NCBI GenBank assembly: GCA_965240325.2
Contig: OZ251239.1
Span: 1,602,845-1,666,844 of the forward strand
DNA length: 64,000 nucleotides
Origin: Rebecca billardiae RCC1528
Lineage: Eukaryota; Protista; Haptophyta
Direction of reading: 5' to 3'
Part shown: piece after piece, positions 34,306-46,119 of the stretch
Layout of the letters: each line of letters starts with the position of its first letter
Numbering within the stretch: position 1 is the first letter of the stretch
The notes under the pieces: model-generated
The model's database searches: none
Told to the model about the DNA's origin: nothing
Seen by the model: the letters and a program-made list of their open reading frames with translations, nothing else
Translations under genes and position numbers: made by a program

Positions 34306-36644
34306 GCGCGCCGAGCTGGCCCGCTGCCGCCTCCCTCTGCTCGAGCAGCCGGCGCGCGCGCGCGAGGATCACCTTGGGCGTGTACTTGGCGCGGCGGCCG
34401 ATCTCGCGGACGAGGTCGGTGAGCAGCTCGCGCGCGCCGCGCCGCGTCTCGTGCTCGCGGCAGAGCGCGAGCAGCGAGCGCGCCGACGGCGCCGCCGCCT
34501 CGGCGGCGCGGCACTCGCCGAGCGCGCGCGTGAGGTGCGCGCGCGCGCCAGCGAGCAGCTGCGGCGCCCACGCGCCGTGCCGCGCGCACAGCGCCTCGAC
34601 CTCGGCGAGCGCGCCCGCGAGCGCGCGCAGCTGGCCGACGCGCGACGCGCGCTCGGCGAGCACGTGCTGCAGCGCGGCGAGCGAGAGCGGCGACGCCTTG
34701 CCGCCCACGTCCACGCGCGTGGCCACGGCGCCCTCCGCCTCCACGAGCGCCTGGCAGCGCGCCAGCCACGCCAGCGGGGCGTTGAACTCGTCCGGGCCGC
34801 CGCCCGAGCCGCGCTTCGGCGCGGCGGCGGGCGCGGCGGGCTTGGCGCCGCCGGCCGGCGCCGCCGGCGCGGCGCCGCCGGCCGGCGGCGGCGCGGCGAA
34901 CTCCCTGAGCCCGGCGAACGCGCCCGTGTGGGTCAAGAAGCCGAGCGCGCCGCCGCCCAGAGCGCCCGCGCCGAGCTCTGCGCGCGCGCCGCCCTCGTCG
35001 CGCGCCGCCGCCGCCTCCGCGCCCAGCCGGCCGAGCGCGGCGCCGCCGTGGGCGTGGTGCGCGGCGCCGTGGTGCGCGCCGCCGCCGTGGTGGCGCGCCG
35101 CGTGGCGGTGCGGCGCGTGCGGCGAGGCGCCGTCCGCGTCGTGCGCGCCGCCGCCGCCGCCGCCGCCGCCGTGCTGCGCCTCGGCCGCCGCCCTCGCCGC
35201 GCGCGCCTCGCCCATCGACGCGACGTACGCGGCGGCAGCGGCGGCGGCGGCGCGCGCGTCGGTCGCGGCGACGACGGCGGCGACGTCGGTGCCGCCGAGC
35301 GCGTGCGCGCCCGACGCCACGAGCTCGTCCAGCGCCGCGCCGATCGGCGCGCCGTGCGGCGGCGGCTGCGCGCCGCCCGCGCCGCTCGGCCGGCGCGAGC
35401 CGCCGCCCGCCACGGAGGGCGGCGGCGGCGCGGCGGCCGAGCCGCGGCGCGAGGCGGCGCGGGAGAAGGAGCCGCCGCCCTCCCTGCCGGGCGGCGCGTG
35501 CGCCGGCTCGCCCTCCGCGTGCGGCCCGTGCCCAAAGTGCGCGAGCAGCGCGCGCAGCACGCGCGTGGCGCCGTCCGCGTGCGCGAGGCTGCCGAGCGCG
35601 CGGAAGAGGTCCGGGCCTGCGGACGCGGCGTTGGGCAGCCGCGCGGTCTCGCGCCGGATGGCGGCGAGTGCCTTGGCGTGCGCGGCGCGCTGCGCGTGCG
35701 CCGCCGCCTGCACCTCCGCGCACGCCCCCACCAGCGCGCGGCCGAGCAGCGCGCTTGGTCCGACCACTCGGTTGTACTCCGACCACAGCAGGTCCGAGGC
35801 CTGCGCCCACCGCCGCACCGCCGCCTGCCACGCGACGGTCTGCCGCTCGAAGCGCCGGCCGATCTGCGCGACCTCGTGCTCGAACTTGTGCCGCCGCGCG
35901 CGCACCGCGCCCATCCGCCGCGCCGCGAGCGCCACGCGCATCTGCACCTGCAGCCGCAGCACCGCCTCGTAGTAGGAGGGCAGCCGGTGCAGCGCCACGC
36001 CGAGCGCGTGCCGCCGGCGCGAGACGAGCGCGCGCCGCTCGGCCGCGCTCGCCTCGAGCTGCGCGCGGCGGCGCACGTCGCCGCGCACGCGGCGGCGGTA
36101 CTGCTCGCGCGTCTCGCCCGACGCGGCGAGCAGCTGGTCCAGCAGCCGCAGCCGCAGCATCCGCTTGCGCCAGTGCCACTGGATGAGGCGCGCGACCGCC
36201 TCCACGCGCGCGCCGCGCTTGCCCGACGCGCGGCGCGACACCACGCACCGCCGCCACGCCATCGCGAGGCGCGAGGCGGCGGACTCGCGCAGCGCGACGA
36301 GCGCGCGGCGCGAGGCGTACTCCGCCGTGCCGCCGTGCAGCAGCGCCGCCGCCGCCTCCCACTCCGCGCGCGCGTCCGGCGGCAGCGAGTCCGGCACCGA
36401 CGCCTCGAGCGCGCGCAGCCGGCCGAGCCGCGCGCGCCCGAGCACGCGCGCGTGCAAAAACGCCTCGGCCTCGCGGAAGGCGGCGAGCTCGAGCGCCGAG
36501 TAGAGCGGGGGCGGCTCCGCGCCGCCGCCGGCGGCGCGCGGCGTGTCCAGCCGCGCGGCGAGCGCGAGCGCGCGCGACGTGCCCGCCGGCAGCGCGCGGC
36601 GCGCGGGCGACGCGCCAACCTCGGCCGCCGCCGCGCCGCCACTC

Positions 36645-36680
<36 letters not shown>

Positions 36681-38179
36681 ACGGCGGCGGCGAGCGCGGC
36701 GCGCGCGGGGCGGCGCGTGGGCACGACCTCCGCGCCGAAGAAGCGCAGCCCGAACGGGTCGCTCGCGCACGGCAGCGGCAGCCGCCAGAAGTCCGAGAGC
36801 GCGCGCAGCAGGAAGTTGAAGCCGTGCCACAGCCCTGCGCTCTCGCGGCCCAGCGGCGCGCCGTGCGGGCTGCCCTCGACGTACCGCAGCGAGTAGAGGG
36901 AGAGGAGGCGCGCGGTGGCGCCCGAGCCGCCCGGCGCGGCGCGCAGCCCGTCGCCGCCCGCCGCGGCGAGCGCCGCCGCGCGCGCGAACGAGAGGTGCAG
37001 CGGGCGCGGCAGGCTGGTCGCCTCGGCGTGCGCGACCGCGCGCTGCGTGCGCACGCGCACGAGCGAGCGCCCGCGCGCGCGCGCCGCCGAGGCCTCGGCG
37101 GCGTACCCGCCGCCGAAGGCGGGCGCGCCGTCGGGCGGCGGGGCGTCGGAGCCCGCCGAGCGCAGCCGGCGCGCGGGCGGCGCGCCCTCCTTCCCCGCGC
37201 CGCTCGCGACGATGTCCGAGCTCGCCGCCCACAGCGCGTCCGCGTCCGCGCCGCCGCCGCGCGCGCCGCCGCCGCCGCCGCCGCCGACGGCGCGCCGGCT
37301 GCCGCCGCGCGAGGGCGGGCGCAGGATCGAGCCGCTGTGCCGCGAGGAGGCCGAGGTCGCGCGCGAGAGCGCGCGCCCACCCGGCGGCGACGCCGGCCGG
37401 TGCCGCGCCGCGGGGAGCGTGGGCGGCTGCGGCTGCGGCGGCGGCTGCGGCGCGGCCGTGGGCTGGAAGATGGGCGCGCGGCGCAGCAGCGAGGCGTCGA
37501 GCTCGTCGGCTCCCGCGCCCTCGTGCGCGTGGCGCAGGAGCGCCGCCATCACGCAGAGCGAGACGCGCAGCTCCGCCACCAGCCGCGCCGCGTCCGCCTG
37601 CATCGGCGCGGGCGGCGCGTGCGCGCCGCCGTCCGCGCGCGCGCCGCCGCCGCCGCCGACGTGCGCGGGCGAGCGCGCGCGCACGGTGGCGCCGGCGGTG
37701 GCAGGCGCGGCGCCCGCGCCGTCGAGCACCGCCTGGTTGTGCAGCACCAGCTTCCAGCGCAGCGCGAGGTCGAGCAGCGCCTGCAGCTGCGCCTCGTAGT
37801 TGGCCGCCGCCTCCGCAAAGCGCACCACCACCGTCGAGCGGCGCGCGCGCCACTCGCCCTTGCGCAGCGGGTCGTCCGCCTTGGACGAGCTGGGGCGCGC
37901 GCGCTCGGGCGAGGGGCTGCGCCCCGTCGGGATCGCGCGCGACGACGGCGGCACCGTCGGCGCGCGCCGCAGCCGCTCGTAGTCCGCCTCGGACAGCCGC
38001 GGCACGCGGTGCGCGCGCGCGCCGTCGCTGCCGCGGCGGCGGCGCGCGCCGGGCGAGGGCGAGCGCTCGTCGGCGGGCGACAGCGCGCGCGGCGCGCCGC
38101 CGCCGAGCGTGCTCGCGCGCCGCCGCGCCGCCGCCGAGCGCGGCGGCGGGTGCGGCGGCACCCAGTCGCGGATGAGCAT
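29999..38179 (-). CDS. Very large multi-exon protein with IQ-like motifs and CEP164-type WW modules (possibly basal body/ciliary)
   Basis: IQ-like VARLIQWHWRKRMLR and VLRLQVQMRVALAARR. LGIDLS..DLWLAWLAAEALVAPLPALW...YVHELTGETLEEHP resembles the CEP164 N-terminal WW module. A second module reads VWLAGWVLALRPGLPAGW...AHPY. Introns 30862-30998 and 30632-30763 were resolved; those between about 31150 and 32060 were not. Confidence 0.7.
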
Positions 38180-38310
38180 GGCGGTGCAGATCTAGAGCCT
38201 CGGCCCCACACGCGGGCCTTGGCCTTCCGGGGCGGCGAAACGAAACGACGACGAACGTCAAACGAACGCGCTCGCCTCCGTTTCGGATTGTTGTAACGAG
38301 CAGCCACACG

Positions 38311-39576
38311 ATGGCGCCGCCGCTCGGCCGCCTCGCCGCCGTGCTGCTCGCCACCGCCGGGACGGCGCTGCCGGCGGCGGCGGTGGGCGCGTGGCTCGTC
38401 CGCGCGCTCGGCGAGGCGACCGTGCTGCGCGCCGCCGGCCTCGCCGCCGGCGCGCGCGGCCTCGCCGCCGCGCTCGGCGCGCTCGCGCTCGGACGGCTCG
38501 CCGACCGCGGCGGCGGCGCGCGCGCGTGGGCGCTGCTCGCGCTGTGCGCGGCGGCGCAGGCGGCGCCGAGCGCGGCGATGGCGTGCGCCGCCGGCGCGGG
38601 CGCGCCCGGCCGCGCGCCGCTCGCCGCCTACCTCGCCGCCACGGCGCTCGCCGCCGCCGCCGCCGCCGCGCCGCTCGCGCTCGCGAGCGCGGCCGCCGCG
38701 CGCGCGGGCGCCGGCCTCGGCGGCCTCGGCGCGCTCGGCGGCGCGTACGCCGCGGGGCTGGCGGGCGCGCCGGCGCTCGGCGCGCTGCTCGCGCGGCGCG
38801 CCGGCGCGCGCGCCCTCTTCGCCGCCGCCGCCGCGCTCTGCGCCGCCGCCGCCGCGCCGTGCGCCGCCGCCGCGCGGCGCGAGGCGCGCCGCGCGCCGGC
38901 GGGCGGCGCGGCGCTCGCCGCCGCGCGCGCGCCGCTGCTCGACGCCACCGCCGCGGCGCCGGCGGGCGACGCGCGCCCGCCGCCGCGGCTGCGCGCCCTC
39001 TGCGCCGTGTGCGCGTGCAACGCGCTCGCCGAGCAGGCGCTGCTGCCGCTCGCGCCGCAGCTGCTCGCGACGCTCGCGGCGCGGCGCCGCTGCGACGAGG
39101 CGCGCGCCGCCGCCTCGTTCGCCGCGCTCGCCGGGTGCGCGTGCGCGCTCGGGCTGTGCGCGGGGCCCGCGCTCGCGCGCGTGGCGCGCGTGCGCGAGCG
39201 CGCGCTGCTGCGCGCCGCGCTCTGCGCCAACGCCCTCGCCGTCGGCCTGCTCGCGCGCGCGCGCACGCCCGCGGGCGCACGCTGGGCGTGCGCGCCGCTG
39301 CCGCTCGCCGTCCTCGCGCACCCCGCGCTGACCGCGCTCACCGCGGAGCGCGCGGCGGCGCGCGCGCGCGGCGGCGGTGGCGGCGTGGCGCACGGCGCGG
39401 CGCAGGGCGCGCTGTGCGCCGTGCGCGCGCTGTGCGAGGCCGTCGCGCCGCCCGCGTGGGGCGCGGCGCTCGCCGCCGCCGCGGCGGGCGGCGGCGGCGG
39501 CGCGCCGCCCGGCTGGCCGCTGGGCGGCGCCGCCGGCTGCGTGCTGCTCGGCCTCGCCGCGAGCGCGGCCCTGTAG
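38311..39576 (+). CDS. Major facilitator superfamily transporter (DHA1/TetA/HIAT-like), extremely Ala-rich
   Basis: 421 aa with many hydrophobic segments. Motif A-like LGRLADRGG, motif C-like GGAYAAGLAGAPALG, and C-terminal HGAAQGALCAVRALCEAVAP. Confidence 0.75.
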   Translation: MAPPLGRLAAVLLATAGTALPAAAVGAWLVRALGEATVLRAAGLAAGARGLAAALGALALGRLADRGGGARAWALLALCAAAQAAPSAAMACAAGAGAPGRAPLAAYLAATALAAAAAAAPLALASAAAARAGAGLGGLGALGGAYAAGLAGAPALGALLARRAGARALFAAAAALCAAAAAPCAAAARREARRAPAGGAALAAARAPLLDATAAAPAGDARPPPRLRALCAVCACNALAEQALLPLAPQLLATLAARRRCDEARAAASFAALAGCACALGLCAGPALARVARVRERALLRAALCANALAVGLLARARTPAGARWACAPLPLAVLAHPALTALTAERAAARARGGGGGVAHGAAQGALCAVRALCEAVAPPAWGAALAAAAAGGGGGAPPGWPLGGAAGCVLLGLAASAAL

Positions 39577-40585
39577 CAGTGGCGTAGCAGCAGCCGCCGC
39601 CGCCGTCGCCGTCGCAGCACGCAGCACGCCGTGCCGCCGCCGCCCTGACGCGCGTGTGGCCGAGTACTTGACGATCTGAGTCACGGAGCAGGCTATAACT
39701 CGGTCAGTACTAGACGAGGCTGATTTCGTCAATCCGGTACTACGACGTACTCGTAATATAGCGTATTATTAGTAGTCGGGTACGCGGTGGCGCCGAGTGG
39801 CGGATTATTGACCACATATACACTCCGCGGCGCGGCAGCAGGTATAATACTGGGAGCCGGCTGAGCGGCTGAGTGAGCGGGCGGCGGCGCGGACGATCGA
39901 CAGCACTAAGAGACGCGCCGGACGCGAGAGACTATATATATAGCGCGCTATATATATATGCGCACGGTTTATTCATCACAGTCGTCGACGTCGCGCGCGG
40001 TGTATATATCGGATTTATTACTGTATCGGAAGACGCGGACCGTGCCGCCGGGCCATTTGTCAGCGGAATCCGGGCGCCTGCGATCCGGGCCCGCTGCCGC
40101 TAGCGATATCGATTCGTCCGCCGCCGCTACTTATATTGACGACTATGATCTGCTGCTCTGATGAGACTACGATGATGAATGACGATGCTGACGATATATA
40201 GCATCAGTCTCCCAATAAGCATCGAGCTGAAGCAGGCAGCGGCGGGCCGGGCGTTAATCGCGGACCGTGCGGCGCAGTCTCACAGCAGCGTAAGCGTTGG
40301 CGGCGACCGGCGCGGGCGCGCCAGCAACGTATCATAGATGTAGACAGTCCGACCGTCGTTGACGATCGTGACGCCGGAACCGGGCGCGGGCGACGCCCGC
40401 GTCACGGCGCCGGGCATGATGGAGGCCGCGCAGCAGAGCTGCCTGCGGCGATGGCGATCAGCAGTCGCGGCCGACTGCTGCAGCGCACACGCGCTCCCCG
40501 GCGCTCCGGGGCCGCGGCCGCAGCTCGGACCGAGCGGACGGCACGCGCGAGGCGGCAGCACAGCCTGCAGCGGCGCAGCGAGGCG

Positions 40586-42730
40586 CTACTCCCCGCTGCC
40601 GTCGTCCGGCGTTGCGTCGGGGGCCGAGTCGAGCCACGCGCGCACCGGCTGCACGCACGCGAGCACCAACGCGCACCTGCGCGCGCACGGGGGGCGAGGG
40701 GCGGCCGCGTCAGCCGGCGCGCGCGCGCTCGGCCGCGCTCGGCCGCGCGCCCGCGCCCACCTCTGCGCCTCCACGCGCCGAGCGATCGAGCCGGCCGCGC
40801 TCTCGTCCGCCGCGCGCGCGCCCAGGCTGCCCAGCCACGCGCGCACGCCCTCGGCGCTCCACAGCTCCTGCGCGCACGGCGCGCGCAGGGCGGGCGGCGC
40901 GCGTCGGCCGCGCCGCGACCGCAGGGGCGCGCGGCGTGCGCGCGCGCGCGCAGGGCGCGCGCCGCGCGCACCAGCTCGAGCAGGCACACGCACACGGGCG
41001 CGAGCGCGGACGCAGCGGCGGCGCACGCGCCGTCCTCCGCGCCCGCGCCGCGCTCGGGCGCGGCGACGCGCAGCTTGGCGCGCGTGTGCAGCGCCTCCGC
41101 CGCGCGCACGGCCGCCGCCTCCACCACGCCCGCCTGCGCTCGGCGAGGCGCGCACGCGCGGGCGCGGCGGCGGTCGGGTCGGCGCATGGCGCACGGCGCG
41201 CGCGGGTGGGCGGCGCGTGGCGCGCGGGAGCGCATCTGCACCGCGCCCTCGGGCGCGCACCGTGCACTCGTCTGCGGCGTGCACGCCCGCCGCCGCCTCG
41301 GCGCCGCGGCGCGCGCGGCCGAGCAGCAGCGCGCGCGCGCGCACGGCGGCCGTCGCGTTGGTCAGCTCGGTGCCGATCGCCGCGCGCAGCAGCGCCGCCC
41401 CGACCTTGAGCCACGCCTCGCCCTCCGCCTCGCCCTCCGCCTCGCCCTCGTCGTCGCCGTCGTCGTCGTCGTCGCCGTCCGCCCCGGCCCCGGCCTCGGG
41501 CTCGGGGCGCTCGCGCCGCGCGCAGTCGCAGAGCTGCTGCACGCCAAGCAGCGCGCGCGCCTCGTCCGGCTCGGCGAGGAGCACCGCGGCCGCCGCGTCG
41601 AGGTCGGGCTCGGCGCCGGCGCCCAGGCCGGCGGCGGCGCGCGCGGCGCGCACGGCCGCGCGCCGCTCGGCGGCGGCGCGGCGCGCGGCGGCGCGCGCCT
41701 CGGCCGCGGCGGCGGCGGCGGCGGCGGCGTCGGCTGCGCGCCTCTCGGCGGCGGCGGCCTCGGCGGCGCGCGCCTCCGCCGCGGCGGCGGCGGCGGCCTC
41801 GGCCTCCGCCGCCTCCGCCTTGGCGCGCGCGTGCGCCTTGAGCCGCTCGCGCTCGCGCTGCCGCTCCTCCTTCGACTTGGGGCCGCCGCCGCCGCCGCCG
41901 TCGGCGCCGTCGGCCGCCGCCGCCGCCGCCGCCGCGCCGCCGGCGGCGCCGTCAGCGAGCGCCTTGCGCTGCGCCTTGGAGAGCTGCGCGCTGGCCTCGG
42001 CCTCCTCGGCGTGCACCGCGAGCTGCTCCTCCAGGTACTCGCGGTACTCGAGGAAGTCGCCCCGCCACACGTGCACCTTGTTCTCGTCGAGGATCCAGAT
42101 CTGCTCGCACACGTCCGAGATGAGCTGCACGTTGTGCGTGATCACGAGCACGCCGCCCCTGTACTGCTGCAGCCCGAGGATCAGCGCGTCCACGGTCTCG
42201 AGGTCGAGGTGGTTGGTGGGCTCGTCGAGGAGCAGCACGTGCGACTTCTGCAGCCCGAGCTCGACGAACACGACGCGCGCCTTCTGCCCGCCCGACAGCG
42301 TGCCGATCAGCTGCTCGTGGTGGTGCCCCTCGAGCCCGAACTTGCCGAGCGTGTTGCGGATCTCCTGGTAGCCGAGCGCGGGGAAGCGGTGCTGCAGGTA
42401 GGTGACGGGCGTCTTCTCGGCGTGGAGCTGCTCGGCGGAGTGCTGCGAGTACACGCCCACGCGCACGCCGCGCGCCGTCTGCACGCTCCCGTCCGTCGGC
42501 GCGAGCTCCTCCGTGATCAGCTTGAGCAGCGTGCTCTTGCCCGTGCCGTTGGCGCCCACCAGCGCGACGCGCGAGTCGACCGCGATGCCAAACGAGACCT
42601 GCTCGAAGAGGAGGCGCGCGCCGGGGTAGCCGAAGGTGACGTCGGAGAGCGAGATGAGCGGGTGCGCCACCTCGCCCCCCGTGCCGAACGCGATGGTGAT
42701 CTTGTGCTCGCGCAGCGGCTGCAGCAGCTC

Positions 42731-42771
<41 letters not shown>

Positions 42772-43148
42772 CGTCGTCCGAGTCGCCGCCCTCGCGCATC
42801 AGCTCGTGGCCCTTGCCGCCCGCCTCGCGGAGGAGCTTCTCGCGCTCCTTCTTCTTGGCCTTCGAGTCGTTGCGCGACTCCTTGTCCACCGCCGTCGTGA
42901 TCTTCCCCGCCTTCTTGAGCGCCTTGAGCTTCTTCTGCTGCTTCTCGTAGTCGCGGCGGTACTCGTCGAGCTTGGAGGTGAGAACCTTCTCAAACACGTC
43001 GTAGTTGCCCTTGTAGTGCACGAGCTTGCGCTGGAAGATGTGCAGCGTGTCGGTGGTGACCTGCGCGAGGAAGTTCTTGTCGTGCGAGACCACCACGAGG
43101 ATGTTCTTCCAGCGCGTGAGGTACCCCTCCAGCCAGATCACCGCGTGC

Positions 43149-43185
<37 letters not shown>

Positions 43186-43828
43186 GCCGCGGCCGGCGGA
43201 ACAGCGCGCGCGCGAGCGAGATGCGCATGCGCCAGCCGCCGGAGAAGGCGCGCGTGGGCCACGCCTTCTGCTCCTCGGCGAACTGCAGCCCCGACAGGAT
43301 CGCCGACGCGCGCTGCACCGCCGAGTCCGAGCCGATCGCCTCGAGGTCGGCGTACAGCTCGCGCAGCCGCTCGCCGATCGCCGTCTGCTCGAGCAGCGGC
43401 ACGGACTCGTCGACCTGGCGCGCCTCGAGCGCGTCGACCTCGGCGAGCATCTCGAGGCGGCGCGCGTCCGAGTTGACCACCGTGTCGATCGCCGACATCT
43501 CCGACGCCGCCACCTCCTGCTCGACCAGCAGGATGTCGAGGTGCTTCGGGATCCCCTTGCCCACCTCCTCCTCGCGCCCGCCGATCGCGCGCATCAGCGT
43601 GGACTTGCCGCAGCCGTTGGGGCCGACGAGGCCGTACCGCTGCCCGTGCACGAGCGAGAGCCCCGAGTCCTTGATCAGCCACTTGCCCCCCGCCGTGAGC
43701 GAGAACTTGTGCACGTACACGTCGTTGCCCTCCGCCATCTTGGATGCGCTGTGGGGCGCGTGGCCGGCGCCCGTCCGAGTCGCAGTCTTCTTCCTTGGGT
43801 CCGGCTGGAGAGCCTCGCGCACGACCAT
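40586..43828 (-). CDS. ABCF-family ATPase (ABCF1/GCN20-like) with a C-terminal W2/eIF5C-like extension; introns 41134-41260, 40868-40971, 40677-40760
   Basis: Two NBDs (GPNGCGKST/FSGGWRMR/LLLDEPTNHLD and GANGTGKST/LSGGQKAR/LLLDEPTNHLD), YKGNYD linker, no TM domain. An alternative ATG lies at 43738. Confidence 0.93.
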
Positions 43829-43965
43829 TCTTCGGTTGAGCTGATGAATCCGGGTGGGTGGTGAGCAGTGAGCAGTGAGAGCAGCGCCGCCGCCGAGCTG
43901 AGAGCCGGCGCTTGCGGCAGTGGGGCTGGCTGGCTGGCTTGGGCTCGCCGCCCTGACTGACTGAG

Positions 43966-45656
43966 ATGCCGCACGGCCGCGGCGCCGAGGCGGCGCCCGC
44001 GCCGCGCAAGCACACGGTGGTGCTCCAGTCCGTGCCGTTCGAGGTCGACGTGCGGTACACGCCGACCAAGCTCATCGGCCGCGGCGCGTACGGCCTCGTG
44101 TGCGCCGCGCGCGTCGAGCCGCCTCTGCGCGACCCTCTGTCCGAGGACGGGCTCGAGCGCGAGGTGGCGATCAAGAAGATCCAGTCGATCTTCGCGCCCG
44201 ACTCGAACATCGTGGAGGCGAAGCGCACGCTCCGCGAGATCTGCCTCCTCCGCTCGATGGCGCACGAGAACGTGCTGAGCATCCGCGACGTGCTGCTGCC
44301 GCTCGACGTGCGCACCTTCTCGGACGCGTACATCGTGGTGGAGAAGATGGACTCGGACATGCACCGCATCATCCAGTCGAAGCAGGCGCTGTCGGCCGAC
44401 CACACCCGCTTCTTCGTGTACCAGCTGCTCCGCGGCCTCAAGTACATCCACTCGGCCGGCGTGATCCACCGCGACCTGAAGCCGGGCAACCTGCTGCTCA
44501 ACGCCAACTGCGACCTCAAGATCTCCGACTTTGGGCTGGCGCGCACGATCGAGCCCGAGTCCGAGGCGAAGCTCACGCAGTACGTGGTGACGCGGTGGTA
44601 CCGCGCGCCCGAGATCCTGCTGCTCGCCACCTCGTACACCACCGCCGTCGACATCTGGTCCGCGGGCTGCATCTTTGCAGAGCTGCTGGGGCGCAGGCCG
44701 CTGTTCCCCGGCCGCACGCACCTGCACCAGCTGCAGCTCATACTCGCGAGGCTGGGCACGCCGAGCGCGGACGAGCGCGGCGCGGTGCCCGAGCAGATCC
44801 GCTCGGCCATCGAGACCGCGCTCTCCACCACGCGCGGCGGCGGCGGCTGCGCGGAGGGCGCGTCCGAGGGCGGGGGGCTGCACGCGCTGCTGCCGGACGC
44901 GCCGCCGGGCGCGCTCGAGCTGCTCAGCCAGGTGCGCGCGCGCGCACGCGCACGCGCACGCGCGCGCGCACACGCGCGTGGCGCCTCACGCGGCCACCCC
45001 CGTGCGCGCGCGCGCGCGGCCGCGCAGATGCTGCGCTTCGACCCGCGCCAGCGCATCACCGCCGCGGAGGCGCTGGCCCACCCGTACCTCGCCGACCTGC
45101 ACGAGGAGGAGGCGGAGCCGAGCGCGCCGCACGCGTTTGCCCTCGACGAGCTGGACGGGCCCGAGGCGGAGGACCTCGACTGGGGGGTGCGCGCGAGACG
45201 CGGGCGCGGAGGCGGGCGCGCCACGCCGCCCCGCGGCCGAGCCCCTCCCCGCCCCACCCCACCCCCCCGCCCCGCTGCGCGCAGGCGCTGCGCCGCGCGT
45301 ACGTGGAGATCGCGGCAGAGTACGCCCAGGCACACCACGCGCCGACCGCGGACGCGGCGCCGCCCTCGCCGATGAAGCCGCTGCCGCCCGCGGCGCGCGC
45401 GGTGCTGGGCGGCGCGGCGGCGCCGGCCGCGGACGCGCCGCCCGACAGCACGCGCAGCGGCGCCGCGCGCACGGGCGGTGGCGCGGGCGCGGGCGCGGCG
45501 CCCGCCGACGGCGGCAGCGGCATCGGCTCCTCGCGCGCGCGGCGCGCGGCGGCGCGCACGGCGAGCCTCGAGGCGGGCGGCGGCGCGAGCGCGATGAGCG
45601 CGAGCGCGCTCGGCAAGCGGCCGCGCGGGAGCGGCCGCTCCGACGGCGCCACATGA
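43966..45656 (+). CDS. Mitogen-activated protein kinase with TQY activation motif; introns 44932-45027 and 45187-45284
   Basis: IGRGAYGLV, VAIKKI, AKRTLREI, HRDLKPGN, DFGLAR, TQYVVTRWYRAPE and the CD-domain-like HPYLADLHEEEAEP. Confidence 0.95.
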
Positions 45657-46119
45657 GTAGCGCGCGCGCCGTGCCTGGCCTAGGCGGGGTTTTCAAGATA
45701 CTGTTCGCGCTACGATACTACTGATATCGTCGCATTATAATAAACGTGTAGTATTTAAAATAATACGCGCGCATTATTTTATACTACTACTATAGTCTAA
45801 ATATTACTGCTGTACTACACTATTATATTAAATTATATAATATATATATAATATATATATGTTATAAATAAATATACGAAGTCCTATTAGATGACGAAGT
45901 AATTTTTAAAAAAGGACGTGGCCGCGCCATTATTGCATGACGACGACGCGATATACTATTATAATTATATGACGAGCTCGGCCTTGGCTCCTAAGCATGG
46001 CGGCCGCCGAAGCCTCGTCATCGTCATCGTCGTCGTCGCGTGCTGATCATGCTGGATGCGCTCGTCAAGCACGGTCCCCACGCCACGCGCGCGCGCGCGG
46101 CCGAGCGACGGGCGCGCGC

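Noticed and set aside
26367-38354. Very long alternative-frame ORFs (26367..29951 +, 32109..38354 -, 33611..38296 +, and similarly 40451..43864 +)
   Set aside because: Shadow ORFs of real genes in extremely GC-rich, stop-poor DNA; Arg/Ala/Pro low-complexity translations without motifs.
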